Source: a virus
Lineage: Duplodnaviria; Caudoviricetes
IMG/VR virus record: IMGVR_UViG_2634166464_000002
Coordinates: 9,639 to 73,638 of that record
Reading direction: 5' to 3' (one strand)
DNA: 64,000 bases
Position 1 is the first letter of the stretch. Each line of letters begins with the position of its first letter. Below are positions 36,701 to 45,096 of the stretch, in pieces. The notes beneath the pieces are model-generated. The model saw only the letters and a program-made list of their open reading frames with translations, did no database searches and was not told the DNA's origin. Made by a program: the position numbers and the translations under genes.

Positions 36701-39617
36701 TACCGGCTTCGAAGCCAATCTCGCCGCCGCCTTCCATGGCCTCTGCCGTCTGGCGGGCCTGCTCCTGGAGGATCTCGAGATCCCGCTGCGCCTGGGCGAG
36801 CGCTTCGGCGTTGATCAGACCAGGCGCCAGGCCCTGCAGCTTCTGGATCACCCCGATCCTGGCCTGCAGCTGCTTCATCTGGTCGTTGAGCGGATGCATG
36901 CCGGCCGTCGCCTTGCCGACCAGATCCGAGAGTTGATTCGCCTGATGCTGGGCGGAGTCCCTCTCTGCCTTCTCCGCCTCCTCGCGGACCTGGCGCTCGA
37001 GCTCCGTAGCGTAGCGCCGCGCCGCCTCGGCCCGCTGTCGGTGTTTATCGACGTTCGCGGCGGGGTTGGCCTTCTCCATGCGCTCGTGGAGCGCCTCCAT
37101 GGCCTCGGCATTCTTGCGCGCGGTTTCGGCGCGCGTCTCGAGGTCAGGCTCGAGCGTGCGGCCGATCGCATCGGCTCCTTCCGAGAAGGATTCCTTGAAC
37201 CCCTCCCAGAAGCGACCCCACCTCGTGAGGCTCTCCTCGTGTTTCCGCAGACCGACCAGGGAGCTATCGAACATCACGCGCTGCGCCCGGTGGGCGTCGC
37301 CCTGCGCCGCCAAGCGCTTGATGTATTGCTGCGTCGTGTAGTCGAGCGTGCCGAGCTTCTTGTTGAGAGTCTCGACCCCGCGCTCGGGATCGGCAAAGGC
37401 CTCGGCGAGTTCCGCGGTTGCTTCCGGGATCTCCTGCCTCGTGGTCGCTGCGTAATCCTTCGCGGCCAAAGTCAGTTCGTGGAAGACGTCCTTGCTGATG
37501 CGTCCTGTGCCCGCAAAGGCGGCGAGCATGTCGCGCGCCTGCTTTGACGTGACGTTCCCGGCTTCGGCCGCGGCATCCGCCATGCGGTTCAGTTCGGAGG
37601 CGGTTGCGTTCGTGCCGCGCCCGACGCCGTAGAGCGAGCCCTCGAGGGCTTTAATGCTCTTGAGATAGCGGTCCCAGGAATAGGCGGCTGCGATGCCGCC
37701 CGCGACGAGTGTGCCGATGAACAGGGTCGCTGGACCAACCGCTGCCATGAGCCGTGACGCGACGGCCTGGAGGCCTCCGGAGACGCCGCCCTGAGCACCC
37801 GCAAGTATTTGATAGACCTGACCTCCTTGCTGATAAAGTATAGTGAGGGGATTCTGCCCAGTTAATAATCCCTGGGCTACGTCTATCATTTGATACTGGA
37901 AATTAGTCCATTCATGGCTAGCCAGTTTCAGGGCGCCCGCCACGCCATCCTGGCCTGCGTCTCGTTTAATCTTCGAAAAGACGCGATCTGCCTCGTCTAG
38001 ACCACGCCTATACTGTTCCGGGTTGAGGAAGCCTGCGTCCTTCATCTCCTTGAGACGGGCCTGCTGCGTCTCGAGTTGCTCGAAGCCCATGTTGACGGAA
38101 TCGACCGCCCACTTGACCGCGTTAGCCTCGCGCTCGAGTTGCTGGAGCTTCTTCGCGGCCTCCTCTTCCGCCCTGATCCAATCCTGGAGTTCGCGCTCGT
38201 CCCGGCGCCACAGGACGACCTCGCCCTCGGTCTCGCGCGACTCGCGGCGGGCCTCCGCCTGCTGACGGGCCCGCTCGACGAGTTCATATTCGCGCTGGGC
38301 TTCCTGGGCGAGCCGCTGGTCGCGACGGGCCAGGATGGTCTCGTCCTCGATCCACTTGGCCTCACGCTTCGCGATCGTCTCCTGAAGACGGCGCTCCACC
38401 ATCTCCTGCTGACGGCGGGCTTCGGTGGTCCGCTCGATCTCCTCGCGCAGCTCCGCCTGAAGCTTGCGCTCGTCGGCCTGCCAGAGGACTGTCTCGTCCT
38501 CGATATCCTTGCGCTCACGCCGCGCCATCGTCTCCTGGAGACGGCGCTCGACCAATTCCTGTTCGCGCCGCGCTTTGGTCGTCGCCTCGATCTCCTCACG
38601 GATCTCGCGCTCGATTTCGCGTTCGTCCGCGCGCCAGAGGATGGTCTCATCCTCGACCTCTTTGGCAGCGCGACGCGCCGTCGTCTCTTGCAGACGACGC
38701 TCGACCATTTCCTGCTCGCGCCTGGCCTGCGTTGTGGCCTCGATCTCCTTGCGGATCTCCTCCTCGAGTTGACGATCCTCCTTGCGGGCCAGGACGGTCT
38801 CGCCTTCCATCCAGCGCTTGAGGCGGCGCTCCTCGGTCGCCTCGATCGTCCGCTGGACGAGTTCCTGCTCACGCAGAGCCTGGGTGGTCTGCTCGACCTC
38901 CTGCCGGATCTCCTCCTCGAGTTCACGCGACTCCTTGCGCCACAGGATCGTCTCGTCGTCGACCTCCTTGCGGGCGCGCTGCTCCATGGTCTGCTGCAGC
39001 CGCCGCTCGACCATCTCCTGCTCGCGCTTGGCCTGCGTGGTGCGCTCGACCTCGGCGCGCAACTCCTCCTCAAGCTCGCGCTCTTCCTTGCGCGCGAGGA
39101 TGGTCTCGTCATCGACCCACTTCTTGGACCGTCGCGCCTCAGTGGCCTCCATGGCCTTCTGGACGAGTTCGAAATCCTGCGCTGCTTGCTTGGCTGCCGC
39201 GGCAACGCGCTCGAGTTCCTGGACCTGATCGTCCATCTGCATGTCGAGGCGCAGCGCATCGCGCATCTTGCCCCCGACCTCGGCCATCTGCCGCTGGATG
39301 CGGGCCAGCGACTGCTCGGCGGCGACCGGATCGATCAGTCCCTGCGAGAGCGCGTTCTGGGTGGTCCGATACTCCTTCGTGAGCCGCGCGAGCGCAGCCT
39401 CGAGATAGTTGGCGCGACGCTCCTGCGCCTCAAACGACTTGAGAACCGAGAGTTGCTTGCGCGACAGGTTGTCGGTCTGGATGGTCGCCGTCTGCCCCGA
39501 GCGGGCGACCGCATCCATCGCCTTCGCGACCTTGTCCTGCTGCGCAGCAAGCCGGTCCATCCCCTCCGAGATGGCCTCGACCCGGAGGCGCCTGACGGTT
39601 TCAGTCGGTGATGCCAT
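33783..39617 (-). CDS. Tail tape measure protein with lytic-transglycosylase-like domain
   Basis: 1944 aa, helical. TMP motif QMIDVAQGLLTGQNPLTILYQQGGQV; SLT-like NQESRFN..SWGVTQL; C-terminal YHDGG..PRLHSG..DERAAILQTGEVVL. Confidence 0.92.
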   Translation of the reverse strand: MASPTETVRRLRVEAISEGMDRLAAQQDKVAKAMDAVARSGQTATIQTDNLSRKQLSVLKSFEAQERRANYLEAALARLTKEYRTTQNALSQGLIDPVAAEQSLARIQRQMAEVGGKMRDALRLDMQMDDQVQELERVAAAAKQAAQDFELVQKAMEATEARRSKKWVDDETILARKEERELEEELRAEVERTTQAKREQEMVERRLQQTMEQRARKEVDDETILWRKESRELEEEIRQEVEQTTQALREQELVQRTIEATEERRLKRWMEGETVLARKEDRQLEEEIRKEIEATTQARREQEMVERRLQETTARRAAKEVEDETILWRADEREIEREIREEIEATTKARREQELVERRLQETMARRERKDIEDETVLWQADERKLQAELREEIERTTEARRQQEMVERRLQETIAKREAKWIEDETILARRDQRLAQEAQREYELVERARQQAEARRESRETEGEVVLWRRDERELQDWIRAEEEAAKKLQQLEREANAVKWAVDSVNMGFEQLETQQARLKEMKDAGFLNPEQYRRGLDEADRVFSKIKRDAGQDGVAGALKLASHEWTNFQYQMIDVAQGLLTGQNPLTILYQQGGQVYQILAGAQGGVSGGLQAVASRLMAAVGPATLFIGTLVAGGIAAAYSWDRYLKSIKALEGSLYGVGRGTNATASELNRMADAAAEAGNVTSKQARDMLAAFAGTGRISKDVFHELTLAAKDYAATTRQEIPEATAELAEAFADPERGVETLNKKLGTLDYTTQQYIKRLAAQGDAHRAQRVMFDSSLVGLRKHEESLTRWGRFWEGFKESFSEGADAIGRTLEPDLETRAETARKNAEAMEALHERMEKANPAANVDKHRQRAEAARRYATELERQVREEAEKAERDSAQHQANQLSDLVGKATAGMHPLNDQMKQLQARIGVIQKLQGLAPGLINAEALAQAQRDLEILQEQARQTAEAMEGGGEIGFEAGKESRFTLLTAGLNDYARGLMEIRQRYDDLDRQARHAGEGMKEVAQAREQAIQAYDISFVAQTLRDVDPLEQELTDVERKISILRNLMATPLPNGVIIEGIENAQRAIDEAKDRAEEIREIRAAGGQRPYELRQESSFALATAGMSEYSRALSEITKKYDDEVRAAKGVKEAIDAINEARREETLAMQLERYDDLQRSLIPEDAEIEKLRDQVTLIETLKREGRPDFDTEEAQRQIDALNKKIEQTIEVKEAGGRVPFDLLKESTFNLQVSGLSSYERGLAEINKRYDEQIKLVQGNEKAIESLNKSREQELELAKRSAVQGAMGRFMPEIEGLRTLRENRKILEEGPERLRELGYSADEAEEALRRARFMLDNWKSAIELAIEDHKLEIAALNARTLEERAAIESERARTKVLRETGDELRAAVEAEMARNRVIADANKQAKDFARDARKELELTGLRGLRRALKENEMWLQEQRELLGGTRSVSGPGNVTAREIGPTKTAFATGDNSKAAVEAYVRAAAVKRGMDPDIIARGLNQESRFNIFAHAKTPKEDSWGVTQLNMMGGLGVEAKRAGIDVRNPYAWRSQVDWSLDYMKKHGHGQWYGFRDSGIRNPWAGINRNVRDVATTGSTTPGTAGGGTTPGTLPRREIDVPKVELNVDTNLNQAFSDKNKTDIYEFVQRPLEDANAALQEQVRLNQVYRETMFMTTAQIEAANEEQRMRNEFLRNEVQITPELAARIRAYAQEYGRVAQETENLKNAQAALEELGSIGKDALKGFISDLRAGKSGAEALENALNRVVDKLLDLAMDDLFNSFTKKGGGGFFSSLLSGLTGGSGLGMTPGAGGLYHDGGMVGIHGKMRYVHPAYFENAPRLHSGTLAADERAAILQTGEVVLSRDDVAAARGRGAQSQQATVVQPIVNVIGAPSQPEVRTNQDGSVDIIFERMESWQADRAARGRGDLVKAMGARQSGRALIG

Positions 39618-40053
39618 GCGCGTCGTCCGTCTTCTCGGGGGAGTGGCGGTTGCCCAGGCGTTTCATGAGGGCGCGCACGCCCTCGACGTCAGTGGCCTCG
39701 ACCTCGTCGACGAGGTTCTCGTCGTCCTGCCGCTGGCGCAGGCGCAGGTACTCGCTGTCCTGCACTTTCACGAGCGTGATGAACCGGTCGAACTCGTCGA
39801 CGTCATCGATGCGGTAGCGGCGCGCGTATGCATCGATCGCCGTGAAAGGAATGGGCCCAAGACCCATCCCGACTTGGCGATCGTTGTTGAGCCGCCAGAA
39901 CGCGTCTGCATAGAGTTCCAGCCCGCGAGCGATTTCCGGCTGGTTCAGGAAAGCCGCGGGAGGCTCGCGGCCAGTCTCGCGTTGGCGCCGTTCGTAGAAC
40001 TCGGCGCGAGCGCCCCACGTTATCTTCCAACGCAGGGCGGTTAGGAGTTTTTT
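39601..40053 (-). CDS. Tail assembly chaperone, frameshifted extension (gpGT-like)
   Basis: The -1 frame from A AAA AAC (40053-40047) reads KKLLTALRWKITW...AFWRLNNDRQVGMGLGPIPFTAIDAYA, open to 39601. Confidence 0.8.
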   Translation of the reverse strand, partial: KKLLTALRWKITWGARAEFYERRQRETGREPPAAFLNQPEIARGLELYADAFWRLNNDRQVGMGLGPIPFTAIDAYARRYRIDDVDEFDRFITLVKVQDSEYLRLRQRQDDENLVDEVEATDVEGVRALMKRLGNRHSPEKTDDAHGITD

Positions 40054-40430
40054 GCGTCGGCCTCGAGGGACTGCTTGCCCTGCGCCGCAACGATGTTGCC
40101 AGCGTAATGGACCGCGCGCCGGAACACCGCGAACTCCGGATCGCTCAGGAGTTGCTTGGCGAGTTCCGGGGTATACTCGGCGTCTTCGATGCCGTGCCAG
40201 TCGACGAGGATCGTCTCGTGCAGCAACTGCGTGTCGATGGTCTCCGCGATCTCCGGATCATCCCACTTTTCCGGCGGGATGTCGGCCCGCAGCTTGGCGA
40301 GCAACCGGCGATAGTCACTGTTGAAGATGCCGCGTACCTTAACCTTTACGCCAGGAAGGTTCGGCAACTCGCCAACCCATCCCCCGGACTCGATCTTGTT
40401 GGTGACATCACGGATATCTGAGAGCTTCAT
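40041..40430 (-). CDS. Tail assembly chaperone (gpG-like)
   Basis: ILVDWHGI..YTPELAKQLL; ends ...DAKNS at a slippery site. Confidence 0.8.
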   Translation of the reverse strand: MKLSDIRDVTNKIESGGWVGELPNLPGVKVKVRGIFNSDYRRLLAKLRADIPPEKWDDPEIAETIDTQLLHETILVDWHGIEDAEYTPELAKQLLSDPEFAVFRRAVHYAGNIVAAQGKQSLEADAKNS

Positions 40431-40450
40431 CGTGGCCTAGTCTCCATAAG

Positions 40451-40477
40451 AAACCCCGGAACCAGTTCCGGGGTTTT
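40451..40477 (-). terminator. Terminator after the tail tube gene
   Basis: AAACCCCGGAAC-CA-GTTCCGGGGTTTT inverted repeat. Confidence 0.75.
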
Positions 40478-40499
40478 GTTGAGTAAGATTGGGCCGGCG

Positions 40500-40982
40500 T
40501 CAGACGCCAGCGGTCGCCTTGACCTCGAACATCTGGCTGTTGACGCCGATCGAGTAAGTGCGCCTGATGACGTTGTCGTTGCCACCGATGTTGCGGCGAC
40601 GGGACATCACGAGGCCGCGGAAATACTCGATCGTTCCCGTGCCCGTTGCGTTCGGCTTGTCCGGATACTCGATGCGGAACGCGAAGTTCAGGTTCGTGCC
40701 CTCGGCCGCATCCAGCGCCGTCTGGCCTTCGTCCATGGGATCGTGCGCGACGGTCAGTGCCATCGTGCCGGCGTCACGCGCACCCTTCGCTTTGCGCACG
40801 CGAGAGTCGCCCACCGCAGCGAAGGTCACAGCGGAGGATTCGTCACCGACCTCGCCGTAGGTTTCAACGAGACCAATCTCGGTCCAGTCGGTGAGATCCT
40901 CGAATTCCTCGACGGTGTCGACGGACTCGAGAACGGAAGGCCCGATAAAGAATCGGGTACCCGACGCGGTTACAATTGGCAT
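40500..40982 (-). CDS. Major tail tube protein
   Basis: WTEIG..GEVGD..RVRKAKGARDAG..DEGQ..YFRGLVMS. Confidence 0.85.
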   Translation of the reverse strand: MPIVTASGTRFFIGPSVLESVDTVEEFEDLTDWTEIGLVETYGEVGDESSAVTFAAVGDSRVRKAKGARDAGTMALTVAHDPMDEGQTALDAAEGTNLNFAFRIEYPDKPNATGTGTIEYFRGLVMSRRRNIGGNDNVIRRTYSIGVNSQMFEVKATAGV

Positions 40983-41084
40983 GGGAGCTACCCTTTACGC
41001 AGTACACACGGCTGCCCGGGGCCGTTTCACTTCTGAACACGACCCCGTCGGGCGGGATTCGGGGTCTCTCCGGGGAGGAGGCTG

Positions 41085-41327
41085 TTAGGTGTCGGCGGCC
41101 TTGCGCACCGTGTTGTCGGCCACTGCAACACGACCGGCCTGCTTGGACCCGCGGCCTTCGACCGAGATCGCGCCCGTGCGCAACAGCGGCTGAACGTGGA
41201 CGTCATCAACGTCGAAATCGACGTTCTTCGTCTCACCGGGTCTCAAGGTGGCGCTCTTTACAGTGCCGTCCTTGGCGCGCTTGCTGATCACGACATTGAC
41301 TTGGGAGTTACTCGTCACTTCTGGCAT
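41085..41327 (-). CDS. Hypothetical virion-region protein
   Basis: GGAGG RBS; lies between the tail terminator and the tube genes. Confidence 0.55.
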   Translation of the reverse strand: MPEVTSNSQVNVVISKRAKDGTVKSATLRPGETKNVDFDVDDVHVQPLLRTGAISVEGRGSKQAGRVAVADNTVRKAADT

Positions 41328-41351
41328 TGCATCCTCCAGTGAACGTCGACC

Positions 41352-41756
41352 TCAACCCACGAAGTCGTACGTGTAGGGGACCACAACGGCCGCGGCGTAG
41401 TAGGAGCCGCGGTCGTTGTTGTCGTCGAGAAAAGGACTGTCTGGGACTTGCGTTTTCAGCCCGCCGCCGAGATTGCGGTCACGGAACAACGTCGCGAGTT
41501 CATCGCCCCATTCGAGCGCGAGATCGGTTCCGGAGCCGCGCTCGACATGGATCACGAAGCGAGCGGCACCGTCTTCCTGGTAGTAACGAGACTCGACCGC
41601 GAGCCGGCGCGTGCGGCTCAGCGGGTATTGCACGATTACAAAAGGTGTACCGTCGCTGGGAGCCTCAGACTCTTCGTTGCTCTGGTAGACCGGCGCACGG
41701 CTCCACTTGGCCGCAAGATAATCCTCGACGGCCTTGACGACGTAAGGATGCGCCAC
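41352..41756 (-). CDS. Tail terminator protein
   Basis: Size, position and YQN..P.DG.PFV..G......IHV..GSG..ELATLFR pattern. Confidence 0.7.
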   Translation of the reverse strand: MAHPYVVKAVEDYLAAKWSRAPVYQSNEESEAPSDGTPFVIVQYPLSRTRRLAVESRYYQEDGAARFVIHVERGSGTDLALEWGDELATLFRDRNLGGGLKTQVPDSPFLDDNNDRGSYYAAAVVVPYTYDFVG

Positions 41757-41757
41757 G

Positions 41758-42027
41758 TCAGGCCTCGAATACTGATCCGTCTTCGAAGATGATCTTGGCG
41801 ACGCGCTTCATCCCGCCGTTCGCCGGGTCATGGGTGTAGAAGCCGGCCTTCCCGTTGAACGTCGCCTCGATCATCCCGATCTCAAGACGGGCCTCGACGG
41901 GCTCGCATGGGCGGAAGCGGAGATCGATCTCGGTACAGAAGGTCTGCAGTTCGATGCCGGTCTTGGCGTCGATGACCTTTGTGTCATTGGAAAGACCGGT
42001 CTCGTTGACGATGCGAACGCTTCTCAT
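41758..42027 (-). CDS. Hypothetical protein
   Basis: MRSVRIV start; fills the operon gap. Confidence 0.5.
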   Translation of the reverse strand: MRSVRIVNETGLSNDTKVIDAKTGIELQTFCTEIDLRFRPCEPVEARLEIGMIEATFNGKAGFYTHDPANGGMKRVAKIIFEDGSVFEA

Positions 42028-42029
42028 GG

Positions 42030-42731
42030 TCACGGCTCGATGATGATGGCGGGGTTGCGGCGCAGCCAGTCGGCGCGGCCCGCTGCGCTGCGCTGGGATT
42101 CCATGCTCGTGGTTTGAGCCCACTCATCGATCGCGCCGAACATCGGGGCTTCGTAGGTGAAGCGGATGCGCGCGAGATTGCTGAAGCGCTGGTGCGCCTT
42201 CTTCGCGACGACCTGGTAGACGCCATGCGGCGCCTGCAGCGAGAGCGGCGGTCGGTTCGGGTAGCCCTCGAGCTTGCGCGCATATGGCTGCGTGTTCACG
42301 AAAGTCGCGCGGTCGAAGGATTTGGGGAGCGGCTGAGACCCCAGTTCGAAGAACTCGTTGTCGATGAAGAACGCATGGCTCTTCTTGTAGAGCCCGGGAT
42401 GGCCTGGACGCTTGTCCGTCCCCTTGCCGATCGGCGATGTCTCCTCGAGCAGGTCGCGGATGAAGAAGAACAGCTCCTCGAGCAACTCGAATTCGTAGAT
42501 GACCTGGCCGTCTGGCTTCACGGAGGTCTCCGGAACGCCCTCGCGCCCGTCCACCCACCTCTCGTGCGGCGGCACGCGTCCGAGCACACGGCGGTTCTGC
42601 TCCTCGGCCTTGTGGAGTTCCTGGACCGCGAACTCGGCCAGCTGCCGGCTGCGCGCTTCAGGGCTCAGATAGTCTGGGAACACCACAAGGATGTCCCGCT
42701 CGATCGGATCGACCTTGACGCGGACAGCCAT
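42030..42731 (-). CDS. Tail completion / neck protein
   Basis: SPIG..GLYKKSH..NTQPYARKLEG..SLQAPHGVY; HK97 gp10-like position. Confidence 0.65.
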   Translation of the reverse strand: MAVRVKVDPIERDILVVFPDYLSPEARSRQLAEFAVQELHKAEEQNRRVLGRVPPHERWVDGREGVPETSVKPDGQVIYEFELLEELFFFIRDLLEETSPIGKGTDKRPGHPGLYKKSHAFFIDNEFFELGSQPLPKSFDRATFVNTQPYARKLEGYPNRPPLSLQAPHGVYQVVAKKAHQRFSNLARIRFTYEAPMFGAIDEWAQTTSMESQRSAAGRADWLRRNPAIIIEP

Positions 42732-42919
42732 CAGCGATCCCTCACGTAGTGGCGCGGGTCTCTGACGTGCTCCGCCATGATCCTCGGGCACGCCTCACGG
42801 TTGTGATCACGCTCGCCGCAGTAGGTGCAGCGCATAGCCTGACGGTTCGCGTATCCACGCCAGGTGCTCGGGCAGTTATTGACGGTATGCCGTCCTGAGC
42901 CGCAGTAGGTGCAGCGCAT
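42731..42919 (-). CDS. Double CCHC zinc-knuckle protein
   Basis: CTYCGSGRHTVNNC and CTYCGERDHNREAC both fit C-x2-C-x4-H-x4-C. Coupled at both ends by TGATG overlaps. Confidence 0.75.
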   Translation of the reverse strand: MRCTYCGSGRHTVNNCPSTWRGYANRQAMRCTYCGERDHNREACPRIMAEHVRDPRHYVRDR

Positions 42920-43578
42920 CAGCCCGACGCCCTAATGTCGTAGACCATGAGCTCGCCCGCGATGCGGTGCGTCGAGTCGTCGACCGAAAGCACGTTGAGC
43001 GAGCGCCCGCGCACGATGATGCGGTCATTGACCTTCGGCGGGATCGGCCAGCCTGCACGCTCGAGATCGTCGGCAGCGACGTAGACCCTGCGCTCGCCTT
43101 GCGTGATGCCGCCGATGAGCTCGTCGGGCTGATAGCCAACGACGATCGCGCGGGCGACAGCCTCGATCGCAGGAGCGTTCGGGACCACACGGCGCATCGT
43201 GACCACCTCGCCGCGGATCGAGAATTCGCGGTCGTATTGCGCGCGGCCGGGAGTGTTGTTGAGGTCGAGGCGGAGCATGCCATCGGGCCGCTCCGTGTGG
43301 AGGATGCCGGCGATCTCATAGGACTCGCCGTCGACCACCACCTGGTCGGAGGTTGTGAGGGACCGCGCGAACGCGCTGTCGTGCAGGGTCAGGGTCGCGG
43401 TCCTGACCTGCAGCGCCAGGCCCCCGATCGTGACGTCGCGTGGGCGAGTGTCCTTGATCCCGGCCCAGACAGGATCGCCGAGCGGCTCGAACCCGCCCCG
43501 GAGCGTGCCTAGCGCTTCGGGCACGGGTGCTCGCCGCCGGAAACTCGCGCGGCGGTTGAGCAGGCCTGCAGCTGTCAT
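42919..43578 (-). CDS. Head-closure/adaptor protein, apparently two tandem domains
   Basis: MTAAGLLNRRASF (SPP1 gp16-like) domain, followed by a second GEVVTMRR..PPKVNDRIIVRG domain. Confidence 0.65.
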   Translation of the reverse strand: MTAAGLLNRRASFRRRAPVPEALGTLRGGFEPLGDPVWAGIKDTRPRDVTIGGLALQVRTATLTLHDSAFARSLTTSDQVVVDGESYEIAGILHTERPDGMLRLDLNNTPGRAQYDREFSIRGEVVTMRRVVPNAPAIEAVARAIVVGYQPDELIGGITQGERRVYVAADDLERAGWPIPPKVNDRIIVRGRSLNVLSVDDSTHRIAGELMVYDIRASG

Positions 43579-44198
43579 CAGGAGTGGTCGTGAGCGATCC
43601 GATAGCGCCCGCAGAGGGCTTTCAGTCCGTATTCGATCTCGCCGCCCACCGTGCGCCCCTCCGAGCCCACGGTCTCGCGGTTTTGGTACCAGTGCGCGGC
43701 CAGCATCCGGATCCCCAGCTTGATCGGGCTCGGAATGTCGGCCGCGGCGCCAAAGCCGGCCACGAAGCGCAGGCGATAGGCGCGCGGATTGCGGATCCCC
43801 ACGTAGGGCCAGGCCCGCGAGGAGACGATCCGGTGGACACGCGGGAAGACGCCCGTCGTCCCGACGAAGTAGGATTCGGGCGCCACTGGCGTGTAGGTCG
43901 CGTTGGCGAGGTAATCGAAGACGATCGCCGCGCCTTCCTTGATGGGCCGCATTGGGAGCTCGAACCCGTAGCGATCCGGCCCCGCGCTGTAGACCTCGAA
44001 TTCTTCGTCGAGCAGGCAGCAATGGCCGAGCCAACCTTCAGGGCCCGACAAGTAGTCGTAAGCAGCCTCGATGAAGACTGCGATGAGTTCGTCCTCTTCC
44101 GAGTGACTGACACGGACCTGCGCTTTCACATCAGCAATCGAGACGACGGCGAGCTTCTGCTCGCGTGTCAAAGATGTTGAGATCCGGCGCAGGTCCAT
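43578..44198 (-). CDS. Head-tail connector (HK97 gp6-like)
   Basis: VSIADVKAQVRVSHSEEDELI and IPSPIKLGIRMLAAHWYQNRE. Confidence 0.85.
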   Translation of the reverse strand: MDLRRISTSLTREQKLAVVSIADVKAQVRVSHSEEDELIAVFIEAAYDYLSGPEGWLGHCCLLDEEFEVYSAGPDRYGFELPMRPIKEGAAIVFDYLANATYTPVAPESYFVGTTGVFPRVHRIVSSRAWPYVGIRNPRAYRLRFVAGFGAAADIPSPIKLGIRMLAAHWYQNRETVGSEGRTVGGEIEYGLKALCGRYRIAHDHS

Positions 44199-44319
44199 GC
44201 GTCAGTCCTTCGTGTCGTAACCGCTCCCGCGGCGCGAAGGACGCATGGCGCGGTCCTCATAGCGGCGCGGGCGACGACGCATCTGCCGAGGATCGTGCTC
44301 CTCGGCAGCGCGCTCTTCG

Positions 44320-44661
44320 TCACTTTTTGGCGGTTGGGGCTTTTTGGGTGTCGTCACTGGTGGTTCTCGACGTGTCGGTGCTGGTCGAAGCCGTCGACAC
44401 GCGCATCGGCTTTGCATCCTGGCTCGCAGCCATGGGCTCGCCGCCGCGCTTGCTCTTCACGTCGGCGCTCGCAGGCCTGATGCGGTCGTCGACCATGTGC
44501 TCGGAGGCCAGCGGCTCGGGTTCCTGGTCCGGATCAAGCTCATGCCCGACCGGCTGGATCTGCCCCTCGGCAACAGCCTCGGCGCCCCGCTTCTCGATCT
44601 CGCTCATCTCCTTGAGGCGGTCGCGGGCCTCCGGGAGAGTTTCACTCTTCATCTTCGTCAT
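44320..44661 (-). CDS. Hypothetical low-complexity protein
   Basis: ORF in the head operon with an RBS. Confidence 0.45.
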   Translation of the reverse strand: MTKMKSETLPEARDRLKEMSEIEKRGAEAVAEGQIQPVGHELDPDQEPEPLASEHMVDDRIRPASADVKSKRGGEPMAASQDAKPMRVSTASTSTDTSRTTSDDTQKAPTAKK

Positions 44662-45040
44662 CTTCGTTACCTCGACGCTCCAGTTCGCCCTGGATGATCA
44701 GGTCGGCTTCGGCGACGGATGAGATCACCCGCGCTCCGCCTACGAGATCCTTCGCAATGCGAACGCGCTGCAGATGGTGGAGCGATCTCCAGTTCTCTGG
44801 GATCTCCACCGACGATGAGGCAGCGGGGATATTGCTGCGCTCAGGGGTGTCGGCCGGCACGTCCACCGGTCGACCGTCTTTCCCGACAGGAACTGCCACT
44901 TTGCGCTGGAAGAGCCTCAAGGCCTCGTCTGGAGGGAATCCCGCCAGTGCTCCTTCGTCGTAAGGGGCGAAGGAGTCGACAACTTGCATGAGCACGAGGC
45001 CCTGCTTGTTCGCGAGGCTTTCGAAGGTGTTCAATTGCAT
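44642..45040 (-). CDS. Hypothetical head-associated protein
   Basis: First ORF after the capsid gene; VEIPENWRSL motif. Confidence 0.6.
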   Translation of the reverse strand: MQLNTFESLANKQGLVLMQVVDSFAPYDEGALAGFPPDEALRLFQRKVAVPVGKDGRPVDVPADTPERSNIPAASSSVEIPENWRSLHHLQRVRIAKDLVGGARVISSVAEADLIIQGELERRGNEDDEDEE

Positions 45041-45096
45041 GGCCTGTTCCTGTCTTTTGATTCAAAAGACGGCCCGCCCAGAGGCGAGCCGCGTGA

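Noticed and set aside
22131-39611. Long plus-strand ORFs (22131-23585, 29150-30619, 30773-32344, 35547-37547, 38076-39611)
   Set aside because: Antisense shadows of GC-rich structural genes with no recognisable motifs.
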